From positions 6,637,252 through 6,701,251 of the forward strand of contig OZ199840.1 in NCBI GenBank assembly GCA_964304625.1: DNA of 64,000 bases. Direction: 5' to 3'. Below the pieces are notes generated by a model. The model had not been told where the DNA came from. It ran no database searches and saw only the letters and a list, made by a program, of their open reading frames with translations. Below, in pieces: positions 1-12,691 of this stretch; the stretch's first letter is position 1; each line of letters starts with the position of its first letter. The position numbers were made by a program, and so were the translations under genes. The DNA is from Kudoa neothunni (lineage: Eukaryota > Animalia > Cnidaria).

Positions 1-35
1 GAAAGGTAATTTCGAATTCAGTTAAAATTTTACGC

Positions 36-522
36 ATGGCTTCCAGACCAAATCCCACAAGAGAACCCTTTCAAATAGTAACTAAAATTGTGTAACTGTT
101 GTAATTGCAGTTAGACTGAAAATGCTCTTAAACAATTTCAATATCTTATGAAACTAAAGCCGGATACCGTAAATTTTTATTCTTAACAATGAAATTAATA
201 GGTTGATTTGATTCGATTTTTCTTCGAAGATTGGATTACGTATTGGTGTCAAACAGAGGGGTTGTAGCGGATATGCTTATGATATGAGTTACTGTGATAA
301 AAGAAACAATCAAGATCTTGAATTTAAAAAGAATGGTACCTTACATGGGCAATCAAAATTTCATTTTATGTAGACATTACTGTTTTTATTGATAACAAAG
401 CGCAATTGACGCTGATAGGATCTGAAATCGATTTCATTGAGGATGAGTTGGGCTCCGAATTTATTTTCAAAAGCCCTTCTATAAAAAATCTCTGTGGTTG
501 TGGTGAGAGTTTTAATCTATAA
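36..522 (+). CDS. ISCA1: Iron-sulfur cluster assembly protein ISCA1 (A-type carrier); exons 36-77, 115-168, 230-335, 374-522; may have a further exon upstream of the window
   Basis: Spliced translation MASRPNPTREPFQITENALKQF...IGLRIGVKQRGCSGYAYDM...LIGSEIDFIEDELGSEFIFKSPSIKNLCGCGESFNL* has the RGCxG and CGCGESF motifs. GT-AG introns of 37, 61 and 38 nt keep the frame. Confidence 0.92.
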
Positions 523-1055
523 ATTATTTTTATTTGTTTGTATATATTTTGAAATTGTTTTTGTTTTGCAATCTATCCAGTTCTATGGTTCATTTCTTTT
601 ATTGCCAATTAAACTCACACCGACTTTATATTTACACATTTTGTCATTTCATCACAAGTCTGCGTGTATCTCATATATTCTATGGTTAGAGTTTGGCATT
701 ATTCCACTTAATTGGTATTTCTTGTTTTTAATCATTTTATTTTGAGGGGAAACCCCATTATTATAAGTCTATAAAATAATGTAAAATTTATTCAGGTTTT
801 AAAAACAAATATTTCGCATAGAAAATTTTTAGTCGAGTCTTCTTTGAATAAAAATGGTGGCAGAGTTCGATTTAGGGGTCATTTCAATGGTTGACCTTGT
901 TTGAACACCGAATGATGGGGCTGATAAAAAATAATTTTAAATAATAACATTTATGATTTAAATCTGGAAATAATAACTATTAAATCCAACCCAATAAAAA
1001 ATTAGTAAACATCTTCGCTTATCTCCGTACTATGTGCACGCATAAATTTAAAAAA

Positions 1056-1358
1056 ATGGCAGGAGACTCAGTATATAAGGGACTTGGCCGAAGAAAATAC
1101 TTCGATTCTCATGTTGATCTAGGTCATACATGTTACAAGAATAACATGATCGAATATTATGTCTCTCCTAATTATGTCAAACTTTATAATGATCCACCCA
1201 AAGTAGCATTCAAAAGGTTTCTCCGAAGATGTGTTATCTTCACACCGATTGCTGCATTGGTAGCATTTACATATGTGTCCGGAGAGTTGCTTAGTTATGG
1301 AGTCTACTATAATAATACCAAACATTACAACATTATGGGAATACCGGAAGACCAGTAG
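1056..1358 (+). CDS. UQCRQ: Cytochrome b-c1 complex subunit 8 (QCR8/UQCRQ)-like, intronless, 100 aa
   Basis: Pattern G..(x)IEYYVSPN..K.Y...FKRFLRR..IFTP plus one hydrophobic helix ending YVSG resembles the QCR8 family (I.YSLSPF..R...NV.RR....V.PP...Y.WG). Divergent; recognised by eye. Confidence 0.62.
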   Translation: MAGDSVYKGLGRRKYFDSHVDLGHTCYKNNMIEYYVSPNYVKLYNDPPKVAFKRFLRRCVIFTPIAALVAFTYVSGELLSYGVYYNNTKHYNIMGIPEDQ

Positions 1359-1521
1359 TGAACATAAATTTTTGAAAACTTTTTGACATTTTTTTTATTT
1401 TTGAAGTTTTTTGCGCAATATAAACCCATGTGAAATTTCTATTTTAAATGTTGAATATTATGGGAAAGCTTTTCTAACTTAAAAATTAAATGAGATTGAT
1501 TTTTCTCACGGAGCTATTTAA

Positions 1522-3349
1522 CCCTCGAATGCGGTGTTTCCCAACCTTTTTTCTGTCGCGCCCCACCTTTTTCAAATGTATTGATTTTTTAACTTAAACT
1601 GCTTATAATTTTGAATCAAGCTTCATGCCACATCAAAATTGGAAAGTGACTAGTATATATTTCTTTTTCATTAGAATTGAAATGTATTCGATCAGGTCTA
1701 GTTTAGTTTACAGATGGACTATAAAAATTAACCTTTTTATTTCTTCATTCAGTCAAAAGTCGCGTTATGCGAAACTTGTGGTAATCCAACCCGCACCAGG
1801 AAAAATTATTCTGTATTCGGGATTTATAAACCTAAAATAAATAATTAATATGGAAAATTAATCAATATTGTTTTTGGATAAGTCAAAGTAAGAGGGGATC
1901 GCGGCTATAAATGTGACAACATTGGAATTATAACCATACTGATTCTATTGAACAAAAACCATGTTAAATGTTTTTATATATGTTGTATAAATTAATCAGT
2001 GCTTTTTATTGTTTTAGGATATTCTCACTCGCTTAAAAATAATCCAGATCAAAAATCGAAATATAGATTTCGTTGTACGTCACACTGCCCAATTATCTCA
2101 CCATTATCCATGTCATATCAATGCCCAGGATTTTGTACGTCCTACAAGAATCGTTCATTAAATGCTCAAAGATTTCCATGCCCAACCAACAATTCTCCAC
2201 GCCCCACCGGTGGTAAACACTACTCTAATGGTATATTTTTTTATACAGTAAACCAATATGTAATTAATTCCAGTTATTATTCTAAGAAAATTTTTTCATT
2301 GGTTTGGCCAAAAAATTTTTTTCGTGAAATAATTGTATAAGTTTTAATTTTTATTTTATCTTGTAATGGTCTTCGGGGTAAAATTTATCCCATGTTCTTT
2401 TTGATTAAAAATATTCCAAAACGTGTAAACCACGTCGAAATTAAATATAATAAAATTCTTGTGAGTAGTTTTTGTAGAAAGTAAGGAAATATTAGATTAA
2501 TTAATTAAAACGCATGCGCGAATATATGAAGATATGTGGTTCTAATGATTTCATTGATGAATTTGGTTTATCAGAGAATGAATATCATGTTATTTACGAA
2601 AATGTCTTCTTATCGATGTTCCTTGCTGAAAAATTGTTGGAAAACATTGACCATACAGAGACATTACGTTAAAAACTAGAGATACCACCATGCCTCCAAT
2701 CATCACTAATTTCAGCCCCCTGTGGCAGCATTTTTGCTTTCCATGAAAAATATATGTTGTTATCTTATGTTCCCAATAAATTAAAATATGTGATTTTTTT
2801 AAGAAATCGCCGAACAATTTTATAAAATATTGTTGACAACAAATTCCACAAACAAAAAAATACAGGTTTCAGAATTGTTTACGCTCCCCATCAGGAACCT
2901 CTTCTTAATGTAAAGCGAGAAACATGTGGTCACAGTGAGAGGAAAAATGATAAAAAATCTAAATGATGCGAAAACAGTCATAAGTTTTATTGTCCAATTC
3001 ACGCATTTTAAAATTGTTTTAGCTTCACATAACTTCCAAGAAAATTTTTTATGTTTTGTTTTAATACTTCAACTGGCGTAACACGGTTAATTCCGCTGAA
3101 CTGGCACAATTACCTTATTGAGGAACATCGCTGTGTACCGACATAAGACGGATCGTAAACGAAGCCGATTATCGCGTAGATTGCGTCAAAATTTAATATG
3201 CATTTGCCAGTGTTTCATCCGTAAGAATTAAAAATTATTCTACAATATTAATTATTAGATTTTTTAAAGTGTTATAATTTAAGAAATGTAGGCTAAAATT
3301 TATCCCCCAAGTCCATTACACATTCGTCGTTTTGGGGATCATTAGAGGG
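1522..3349. mobile_element. Non-autonomous piggyBac-type element, interrupted by a hAT insertion in its left terminal repeat
   Basis: TTAA|CCCTC(G/T)AATG at 1518 and CATTAGAGGG|TTAA at 3340-3353. Subterminal inverted repeat at ~2364-2386 versus ~3296-3318. Confidence 0.8.
1532..2222. mobile_element. Non-autonomous hAT (Buster/Charlie-type) element
   Basis: Termini CGGTGTTTCCCAACC and GGTGGTAAACACTA. 8-bp TSD ctcgaatg (1524-1531) / ctctaatg (2223-2230) with the Buster-type central TA. Confidence 0.8.
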
Positions 3350-3461
3350 TTAACTAGATGTCACTAGATTTGAGTATATTTAATTCTTTCTGCCACACCT
3401 CTCCCTTAGGGATTGGGAGAAATTAAACGCAGAAGATTAATAAATATTAATTGTGTATATG

Positions 3462-5752
3462 CAGTATAACAGGACTCGTACTTAACAGATGTCGTGTGTA
3501 ATCGCCACTTTGTTACACTAAACTCAATTTAAATTTTCCAATTCTTACTTATAATCAAGTAAATATTTTTAGCTATAAAATAAATAAAATATCGTTCACT
3601 GTAAAAAAATAAATCAAGAGCATGACTCGTACGCAGGGCTGCCAGCGGGGTTTTATAAAAAACCCAAGTTTAAGTAAAAAAACAATGTCGAGATAACCGC
3701 TAGTTTAGAGTACAACAAAAAAATAGAATTGTATCTATTAAATTTTTTAATCTTATTTCGATTCTATAATTACATCTTCAGATATTAGATTTAAATTTAT
3801 CGTCGTATTATTATTATAGTTTTTTGGCGCGAACACTCACTCGTGCTTAATTTCTAATATAGATCAATATACTCACAATTAATTATTTCACCATTCGGAA
3901 CATATTTTAAAATAATAGTTAAATTTCCTGATAATGTACGACAATGTTTACTGTGTAATTATGTAATCGTATCACTTTAATCTAATCGGCCAATGATGGC
4001 CAGATTGCATAAAGTAGAAGCCGCATTTAAAGACCTTCAAATTTCAAGGAGTCACTAGAGATAAAAATTAAATTTCGGGATTGGGAATTATATTTATATT
4101 CTGTCTAAAGGTTTTAATTAATAATGAATTAATATTAAATTCATGCACTTACACCGAATAAAAACGCATGATGCTATGACTTTCAAAGTATCCAAATAAT
4201 TTTATGAGCAAAATGTAATGAAACAATATGTCAAGTCTAAATTTTTTAAAATCAGCACGTCAACTTCCTAATGATACGTGCGCTCGCGAGTCGCGTTTTG
4301 GCCATCCCTGTAATAGGTTGTCGTTCAATATCGTACATGTTTAGACATTGCATGAAATAATCTGAATAAGATACGTTATTAAAAATGTAAATATTAATAT
4401 CGCAAATAAAAAAATTTGTGTTATTCAATGCATACAGGTTTTCAATAAAATCCCAAGATTTTGTAAACAATGAAAAAAAAACCCAAGAATCCAAGGTGAC
4501 CATAAAAAAAACCCAAGCCTTGGCGGCCCTGCTCGTACGTAATGCAACAATTCTCCCTAATGGAAATTGTACCTGAAAATACACTTTTCATGCTTAGTGA
4601 GTAATCGCGAAAATAATATCTAACTAACCGATAAAATACAAAAGATTTTCTAAGAATTATGAAATAATTAAATATTATGATTAAGTACACGAGTTAAGAA
4701 CAATACAAAACTGACTATGGATAAGTACGACCTGAAAAGAATGTCAACGTTGAATTGGATTCTAATAAGAGATGTAATTTTAGAATCAGGGGGTTCAGCA
4801 CTTTGAACAATTCTCGAAAAACTTTAGATAAAACCTCAATCGTGACGTTGAGAACAAAATCTATAAATGGATATTTTAAGTAAGAGTGAATGATGGTTGA
4901 TTTACACTGATAATTCCATTACAATGGCGAGAAGATTCACTCCAATGGAATGTAACAATAATAGTAATCATTTTGAGTGTAGAAGATTTAAAGGGTTTAA
5001 AGACCAGGTTAAATTAAAATATGTATGTTCCATGTTGAGGCTGGAAACTTTCCTGCTGGGACATTTCCAGAATGGAATGAGAAACTTCATGATGTTCTTG
5101 AAAAGTGGTCATCTGAGAGTGTTTTAAACATATGTTTAAAAAATAATTAAGGGTGTTAAAAACAGTGAAACAGATGGTAACAACACATCTGATGAAGATT
5201 AATCAGAAATGGTGAATCCATCTATTTCATTTAATCAGGCTCTCGAATATTAAGTAGATCTATTTAAGTTGTTAAAGCAAACAAATTCGATCCCAGTTAA
5301 AGACATTTATGGTGTTGGAAAGGAGATTTACAATATTATAATCGATTCAAGAACGATACCAAAAATTTGATTTATTTAAAATATTTATAAATGGGATAAC
5401 ATGAATTCGTAGTGGGATACTAGAGTCGAACAAATGAGAAACAATAAAAATACATTTTATTGCATAAAAATAATTGTTACCATTTATTTTTATTTTTCGC
5501 AATTTCATTATTCCTTTAGAATTTTTTTAGATCACGAATAGACTATCGATTCGCTCAATATAAAAATAGATGCAATAAGGTCAAAATTTATTTTATTTCA
5601 GTTAAGTATACATAAAGTAATGATTAAAGTAGAATAAAAATTTCTGGAAAAAACATCAGTGAGCTTGCGCACACAGGTCTCGTATGTAATGCAGCGGTTC
5701 TACGTAAAGGAGCCTCTTTCTCGACTCATTACGTACGAACCCTGTTGAACTA
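3462..5752 (+). mobile_element. Degenerate pogo/Tigger-like DNA transposon remnant
   Basis: Imperfect inverted termini CAGTATAACAGGACTCGTAC and GTACGAACCCTGTTGAACTA. Recurring CTCGTACGTAATG-like motif at 3476, 4532, 5680, 5727. Only weak coding remnants at 4700-5350. Confidence 0.38.
3634..4531. mobile_element. Non-autonomous TIR element with 8-bp TSD (hAT-like)
   Basis: TIRs CAGGGCTGCCA / TGGCGGCCCTG. Perfect TSD CTCGTACG at 3626-3633 and 4532-4539. AAAAAACCCAAG subterminal repeats at both ends. Confidence 0.88.
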
Positions 5753-6387
5753 TATTTTCGATATCGAGCTACGTTGCGCTATTGACGCTAGTTTTTTTTA
5801 TATAGTAGATGTAAATGCATGCTGTTTTAGCTAATCCCATGAAATTTGAATACCTCCCTTAGTATTGAAATTTCGAATGTTCAATAGTCACGACACTCCC
5901 ATTTTGAAACCTCTATTCGAGATGTTTTCTTGGAATATTGACGACGTGAAAAAAAGTTTAAATAATGATGCTCTCTACTCGTGGAAGATGTCCAGCATTA
6001 AGACCAAAGAAAGAGACAATTTTCAATCCATATTTACCAAAGATGGAGGCGAACTCTCCCAACTCAACTTTATTATTTGCATAAAATGCAATAGATCGTT
6101 TAGATATAAATCTATGGTTGACAATCGTCTACCTATCAACCAGAATATATTTCACCGCAAGTTAAAATTTATATCAATATTTGAATTTACTCCCGTTATG
6201 CTATATTTTTCGAGGTTTTTAATAAAATAAAAACATAATTCAAACATTTTTTTGACATATAAACTCGTAATAATTAAGTTTCAATCAAACAGTAACGTTG
6301 GTTATGTAGTAACAAGCACTAGAAATTTCTATTCATAGGAAATCGCACCACTTTGAAGTTTAAATCTGTCGACATCACGCATTACAT

Positions 6388-6433
6388 CATTTATCACGTT
6401 CACAATTTCTAAAAATTGTGAACGTGATAAATG
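6388..6433. repeat. Perfect 21-bp inverted repeat with 4-nt loop
   Basis: CATTTATCACGTTCACAATTT-ctaa-AAATTGTGAACGTGATAAATG. Confidence 0.95.
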
Positions 6434-6881
6434 TACATGTTCTAGAATCAACTAGATCGGTTTGAATATAATATATAATTCGAATTGAGAAAATTTATTA
6501 AGAATACGGTTTTGTAATGTAAATAGCACAAAATATTTGTTAATGTTTTCTTAAGGATTAGTTTATTACTAGTACAAACTTTACGGAATCATAATTTCGA
6601 CATATCTCTAAAATTGCCAAACCGAATTTACTGAAAATTTATATGTTAACATAATACAAAAAGAGCAATTGATTTGTAAATTTATAGATGTATACACGTA
6701 TGTTATACAGATTATCTTAAAATTAAGCACGCGACTGAATATGAACATGTTTTTTAACTTTAGAACCGGCTTAATTACCAAATTATTTACTCATAAATGT
6801 ATTGAAATGTTGTATAAATTCATAACGACAATTTTTCGTCATTGTGCAAGTGTCTCACATCAATTTGTGTGCACTATAGCG

Positions 6882-9800
6882 ATGAGTCACAATTTATTTA
6901 GCGTTGGCATGAAGTTTAATTCTTTTGAAGAATTAGAAAATGTCGTAAAGATTTATGAGAAGGAATCATATTCTAATTTATACAAATGTCAGGCAAGAAC
7001 TCTCTTGAATATTAAAGGCAGAGTAACAAACTCAATTAATCCGCTTCTTCAGTATTATGAAATTACATACCGATGTATTTTCGGTGGTACTAATAGGTAC
7101 AGGAAAATGTAGACAGAAATAAAACAACTATCAAAAACAACTTCCTTGTTAAAATCACGTTGAGAGCATCAGAGGATGGATTGTCGCTTGAAGGGCGTTC
7201 CTCATTATTTAACCACAATCATGAATGCAATTAAATTATTTTCAAAAATTTACTAAACCAAAGAAAAATTGATCTCAGAGATTACTCAACTTATTCATTT
7301 AGGTGCAAATAAAAAGCTTAAATAGTCAAAGATTCAATCAGACAGGGGGAAACTTGAGATTAAAATCACTTCACAATATGAAAACCAATCCCGATACCTC
7401 CCTAAACTCCATAACTAAAATAAGGAGATTTTTAAAGTCGATTTTAGTTGCTTTTTAAGTATTTTATACAACGAGCATAATTTAACCAATGTGGTATTCT
7501 TCATTGACCAAGATATGAAAAGGTTTTTAGAATTTTATTCTGATGTGTTTGTTGATGCGACAGACAAACTTTTAAACACGAGTTATTTATAAAATTAATA
7601 GCCAACCTGGTTGTGAACTGTACTAAAATTAATTTTTTAGAGCACTCTTATATTTATCAGCAGGGAAGATTCGACAGGATGAACACGCATTACAAGTGTT
7701 TGTGTTGCGTATGAAGAAACGAAGCAGAACATCCAATGTTTATTGTAATGTTTTAAGTGAATTGGTGTCAATGTTAAAAAAAACAATCTGTTTTCGATTA
7801 CAACTCGTAAAGATGAAAAACTTCGAAAATGTCCGAAAAAAAGCTTTCCTAATAATTCATTAACCCTCGAATACCTGGAGTGGACCATTGTGGTCCATTA
7901 GCGAAAAAACCTTTAATATCTCCTCAGGATAATTAGTTATTAATTTCCAATTACGTGTATTTTATTGTGTAAACTTACTGAATAAAATGTTAACATATCG
8001 GATTTTCGGATTCAGTAACTTTGTGTATAAATGGAAAAAACAAAAATAGTTACGTAAATACCTGAGTAGGACCACAGTGGTCCACCCCAAACTAATGATC
8101 TAATCAACCTTTGAAGCATTATTAAAATGACTGAAATCTAGAAATGACGTTTTGTAACCGATTCTGTATATAATTGAGTATTTTATAACAAATTATAATT
8201 TAAATTAAGAACATTAAAACGTATACATGAAATTTATGGTGCGCGGTCAGTGTTCTAGAAAACGTCTAAAGTGAGTTCTGATAGAGAAACTAATTTTCTT
8301 GAATCTGAAGATGATTGTGATGTAAATGACAGTGATGAAAGTATCGAAGATAATTCAGAAATCTCCTGTGCTGTGTCAAAAGACGGAGAAAAATGGTGCA
8401 AAGCTCCAAAAAGAATTGATTTGGAAGAACTCAACATTTATTTGAATGCAGTCATACTTATTGGAGTGGTGAAAGGGAAGAACGAAAATATTAGTGCGTA
8501 CTAGAGTGAAAAATACGGCCTATTATCCATAATAAAGAAGATATCCAGAAATCGCGATGACAAATTAGCTCCAAATAGACATATTTTTGACTGCTTCATA
8601 AAGACATGCAGGGAAAGTTACAACCCATCTTCTCAGTTGAATGTTGATGAGCAGCTTGTAACATTTAGAGGACGATGCCCCTTCAAAATGTTTATTCCGT
8701 CAAAGCCTGGTAAGTATGGAATCAAAATCTGGGCGTTGTGCGATGCGACAAATGCGTATCTCTGCAATGCAAAAATATACATTGCAAGGAAAATGGAATG
8801 GTCGAAAATAACCAAGGCATAAATGTAGTGAAAGATCTAATGCAACCATACCTAAACAAAGGTCGAAATGTAATTACAGATAATTTTTTCCCACTTTGTC
8901 GTTTGCAAGGTATTTTATTTCAAATAAGACTACTATTGTTGGAACAGTAAGAAAAACGAAAAAATTTCTTTTTCAGGACAAATTTACTCTGGTGAAGTTC
9001 AACCGGAAGAAAAACAAATCGGTAATTCTTCTAAGCTCTCAACATCGAAACGTTGAAATAAACAAGCAGACCAAAAAGCATGAAATTTTAATTTATTACA
9101 ATACAACCAAAGGTGGCGTCGATTCTCTAGAGTCTAGACCGTATTATCCGTTGCTATTCTACCAAGAGCGCCACTCGTCGTTTGCCAACGGCAATTTTTT
9201 CAATATAATTGATATAGCTGCTTACAATGCTTATCTTTTGTATATTAATAGAAATCCTGAGTTCCATCAAGCAAATAAAGACAATCAAGAAGAGAATTCT
9301 TGAAAATGCTTGTCCAAGAGTTACTTGGACATGACGATACTGTCAAATCAATCCAGACTAGAAAACCGAATATTTTTCCGGAAGAGGTTTGTGTCACGTT
9401 TGATCTATGGTTAAAAAGAAAAAAGTGTATCTTGTACAAAATGCCAACAGTATGTTTGTGAAAGCCACCGAACTAACATTGTAGAATGTGATACGTCATT
9501 GCAACTAAAACATATATATTCATTATATAATTTAAATTTTTTTCTTCTTTTATTAGACGTTTAGATTTTTATTTTCTATACATAAAGAAATCTTAAATTT
9601 TCAATATTTTGTAAATCCAATGATTTTTATATAAGTAAATTGATGTTTGAAGGGATAATTTGGTAAAAAGAAGATTTTGAGTTGTGTTCAGTTACTTTGA
9701 TTATAAGTCCAACTAAAAGGTTTCCAATTGGAATTTATAAATATTTATAAAGTTTTCTTTTAAAAAAATGTTTTGAATTAATTAACAACCCATTTATGGC

Positions 9801-10330
9801 AGCGAATTTTGATCAATACAAGAATCTTATTACGTATATAAAATAATAATCAATGAGAATATAGAATATTTAAGTTTTTTAAAATAAAATGTTTAATTAT
9901 CATTCAATGTATATTTTTAATTTATATTATAATAATTATTATTCTTTTTAATGTGAATTTACCCACAGTAATTCGTTATTGGTGGTGCGTCCATTAATTT
10001 ATAGTTCCCAAAAATACATTGCCTCACAATAGAAAGACAAAGGTCGATGACTTTAGACCTATGGGTTAGGTGCTACGATTCCAACTATACTGGAAGGAAA
10101 TAGCACAGGACCACTGTGGTCCTGTTCAGGTATTCGAAGGTCAATATCCCTTGACCCGTCAAGAGCTTAACGCACTATTTCCCATATACATCCACAAATC
10201 TCGTCAACCTCAACACAAACAATTTAAGTAATTGGGTGAAATAAAAGTACAACCATATGCATTCAATTTAATCATGGAAAGTTAAACTTAGCGGACGATT
10301 TCAATGAAATCTACGGACACAGTATTTCCA
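6882..10330 (+). pseudogene. Decayed MULE (ZSWIM3-like) transposase, split by the piggyBac at 7864-10140
   Basis: MSHNLFSVGMKFNSFEELENVVKIYEKE...NPLLQYYEITYRCIFGG (ZSWIM3-type N-terminus); VFVDATDKL near 7545; AFPN just before the TTAA at 7860; PYAFNLIMES-like remnant near 10255. Confidence 0.65.
7864..10140 (+). mobile_element. piggyBac element with decayed PGBD4-like transposase
   Basis: TTAA|CCCTCGAATACCT and AGGTATTCGAAGG|TCAA ends. GGACCA-N3-TGGTCC palindromes at 7882, 8069, 10108. Fragments VDEQLVTFRGRCPF...KPGKYGIKIW, ITDNFF, YNTTKGGVD. Confidence 0.9.
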
Positions 10331-10374
10331 TGATAGTGCTTCAATCAATATGATCTTAACGTTATTTGCCAATT

Positions 10375-10850
10375 CGGTATCCATGAAACATATATAGATT
10401 TTTTATTATATCTAAAACCATTAATAGAACCTTCGAAATGTGTTTATCAAATCAAAAACGTTAAAACTCCACAAATAAGGAGTGTATCTGCACGAACGCC
10501 TAAATTTACACATTAAATTTATAAAAAAAGTCAGATAGCAGCAGTTAATTAACATTTGATAGAGCATATAACGGGGAAATTAACTTTAACCGACAATCAG
10601 CAGGTCATAAACATGTGTTAATCTTATTGTTAAATTCAAATAATCCGCTAAACAAACTTTGAATCGACAAAATCACCATTTTCTAAATACTTTAGGGAAC
10701 ATTTGTTGGTGTGAAAACGATTTAAACATTTTTTGAAACATTGTGATTTTTAAAAAAATTCATGTCTCTCTATATGGAACAAACTTTGACGCACATGCGT
10801 ACTTGCTGACACACACGCGGGCATTTCAGCTATGTATATATATAGTAGAT
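10375..10850 (-). mobile_element. Dispersed ~470-bp repeat with a Helitron-like 5' end (copy 1)
   Basis: Clearly homologous to 41582-42040. Minus strand begins A|TCTACTATATATATA...AGCTGAAATG, as in non-autonomous Helitron 5' ends. No 3' CTAG hairpin found. Confidence 0.5.
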
Positions 10851-11160
10851 TAATACAAAAATAAAACTCCGGAATTATACATTTCTTTAATTTAGGATAT
10901 TTAATGAAAAATTTAACATTCCTTTAACTTCCCCGCGTTTAAATCCTATGCAGCAATTTATATATTAGATCATGTATTTATTCCAAATAGATTGAAAAAT
11001 ATAAACATAATTTTTATTCGCATAAATTAGAGAAATGAGACTGTGAGCCATTCCATGAACTAGAAAGAAAATCCAAATAAATGTATAATAATTCAACAGA
11101 AAAAGTTAGAAATAGTCTATAAATTATTTTAAATAAATAGTTTTTCCAAATTTATATACT

Positions 11161-12094
11161 CTAATCAATCTTAGCATTTTTTCTCTGATAGCTTGGGACA
11201 ATCAGCAAGTAACATGCCAATAAAATTCCTATGATACAAAGAGTTCCAGTTAGATTGCCTAATAAAATCACACTTAAAGGTTTCGGCCTAAAATAATGAT
11301 TTAACCAGTCCAAATACTTTATATTTACTTATGAAATATTCTTCCAAGAGCGTATAATAGAGCTAATAACAATAGAACCATTGAAATTAAGCCAACATTA
11401 GCGTGAATATCTCTAATTTTTCCCTTGTAGTCGATTGGAACAATATCAAACGAGAAGGTAACGATAGCAACAATCAACTATAAAAATTGTTTGCATATTT
11501 GGAAATAACAGAACAAACCTGAGCAATCATGATAAAAACGACGAGAATACAAATCCAATCATGCATCGTTCCGAAGTGGGGGATATTTGCAAACAACTTT
11601 GAATGGAACATAAAACCTGAAGTTATAACCAAGAGCACAGTTACACATCCCATAATTATTCCATGTAACAGTTTAGCTGTTGGTTTTGTAAGGTTGGTAA
11701 AATAACGAAAAACTATGGCAGCTAAGACACCACAAGCATTTAAACGTTGTCAACAGAGACAAATCATACCAAAGGGATAAAGCACAAATCCTACCAAAAC
11801 ACCAAAGAGTACATGAAAATGAAAAAGACTTTTTCTTGTTAAAGTCATGCCATCCGCTAACATCCAGCTGATTGACATGATTGTTATTAGAAGGAATATC
11901 ATAAACAATACATGTGCCCACCTATCCATAAACTTTCTGTCATTGAGATCAGACGTATTTAGGGATACATCTCGTAGTGCACGTTCAGATGAGCTTTCTA
12001 ATTCATCGGTTTCGCTAAAAATTTTATTCGAAAACCTTTCTGAACTTCTGGGGCTTTGTTTCATAGTTTCATCAGGTACAATTGGATGTGACAT
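11161..12094 (-). CDS. Cytochrome b561 family protein, 4 exons, 6 TM helices
   Basis: Spliced protein has four heme-ligand His in register: LFHFHVL, KLLHG, GTMHDWI (SLHSW position), RDIHANVG. Three GT-AG introns keep the frame; stop TAG at 11163-11161. Confidence 0.88.
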
Positions 12095-12691
12095 ATTAGG
12101 ACAATTTAATCATCTTAGCTACTCAATAGAAGCTCACACATAATATGCAATAATAAATATTTATTTTTTATTTTTTATACAGTTATCCTGAATGGGAATC
12201 ATTTTGAAATATTTTATATAACTGAACAAAATAGTTTCTAATCAAAAGAAGAATTTCGTCGAACTATAAATAAGGCTCAACTCTAGCATTATTAATGGCA
12301 TAATAACATTCCTAGTTAACAGGGAAAAGAATTTTCTTGGGAAATTAATTGATATTCTTTTTTTTAAATCGAAGAGTAATTAATCAAGAAAGTTAACGAA
12401 AAAATGGAAATGTATAATTTCTTATTTGAATAGATAAATCCTTGAACGTTTAGTTGTTGACCATATCAATGAATATCATTTGTAAAATAAGATCTTAGGT
12501 TTTATCAAGACAATTTTAGCAATCGTAATTACTAATAATGACGACTTTAAAATGAAAATTGATCCATTTTATTTGCAAAAATTAATTATTCATTAGATAT
12601 TTAGGCGTCAAGTTAATTTAATTTTTTTATTTTATTTTAGAGCACAATAAAATAGCAAGAGTGGACTGCAAACAAAACTAATTGTGCTTAA

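Noticed and set aside
494-6230. Short ORF-track entries such as 494-745, 1625-1840, 1999-2340, 4252-4584, 5865-6230 (and antisense ORFs over transposases elsewhere)
   Set aside because: Low-complexity F/I/L/K-rich translations, often non-ATG starts, lying in UTRs, non-autonomous elements or opposite real genes.
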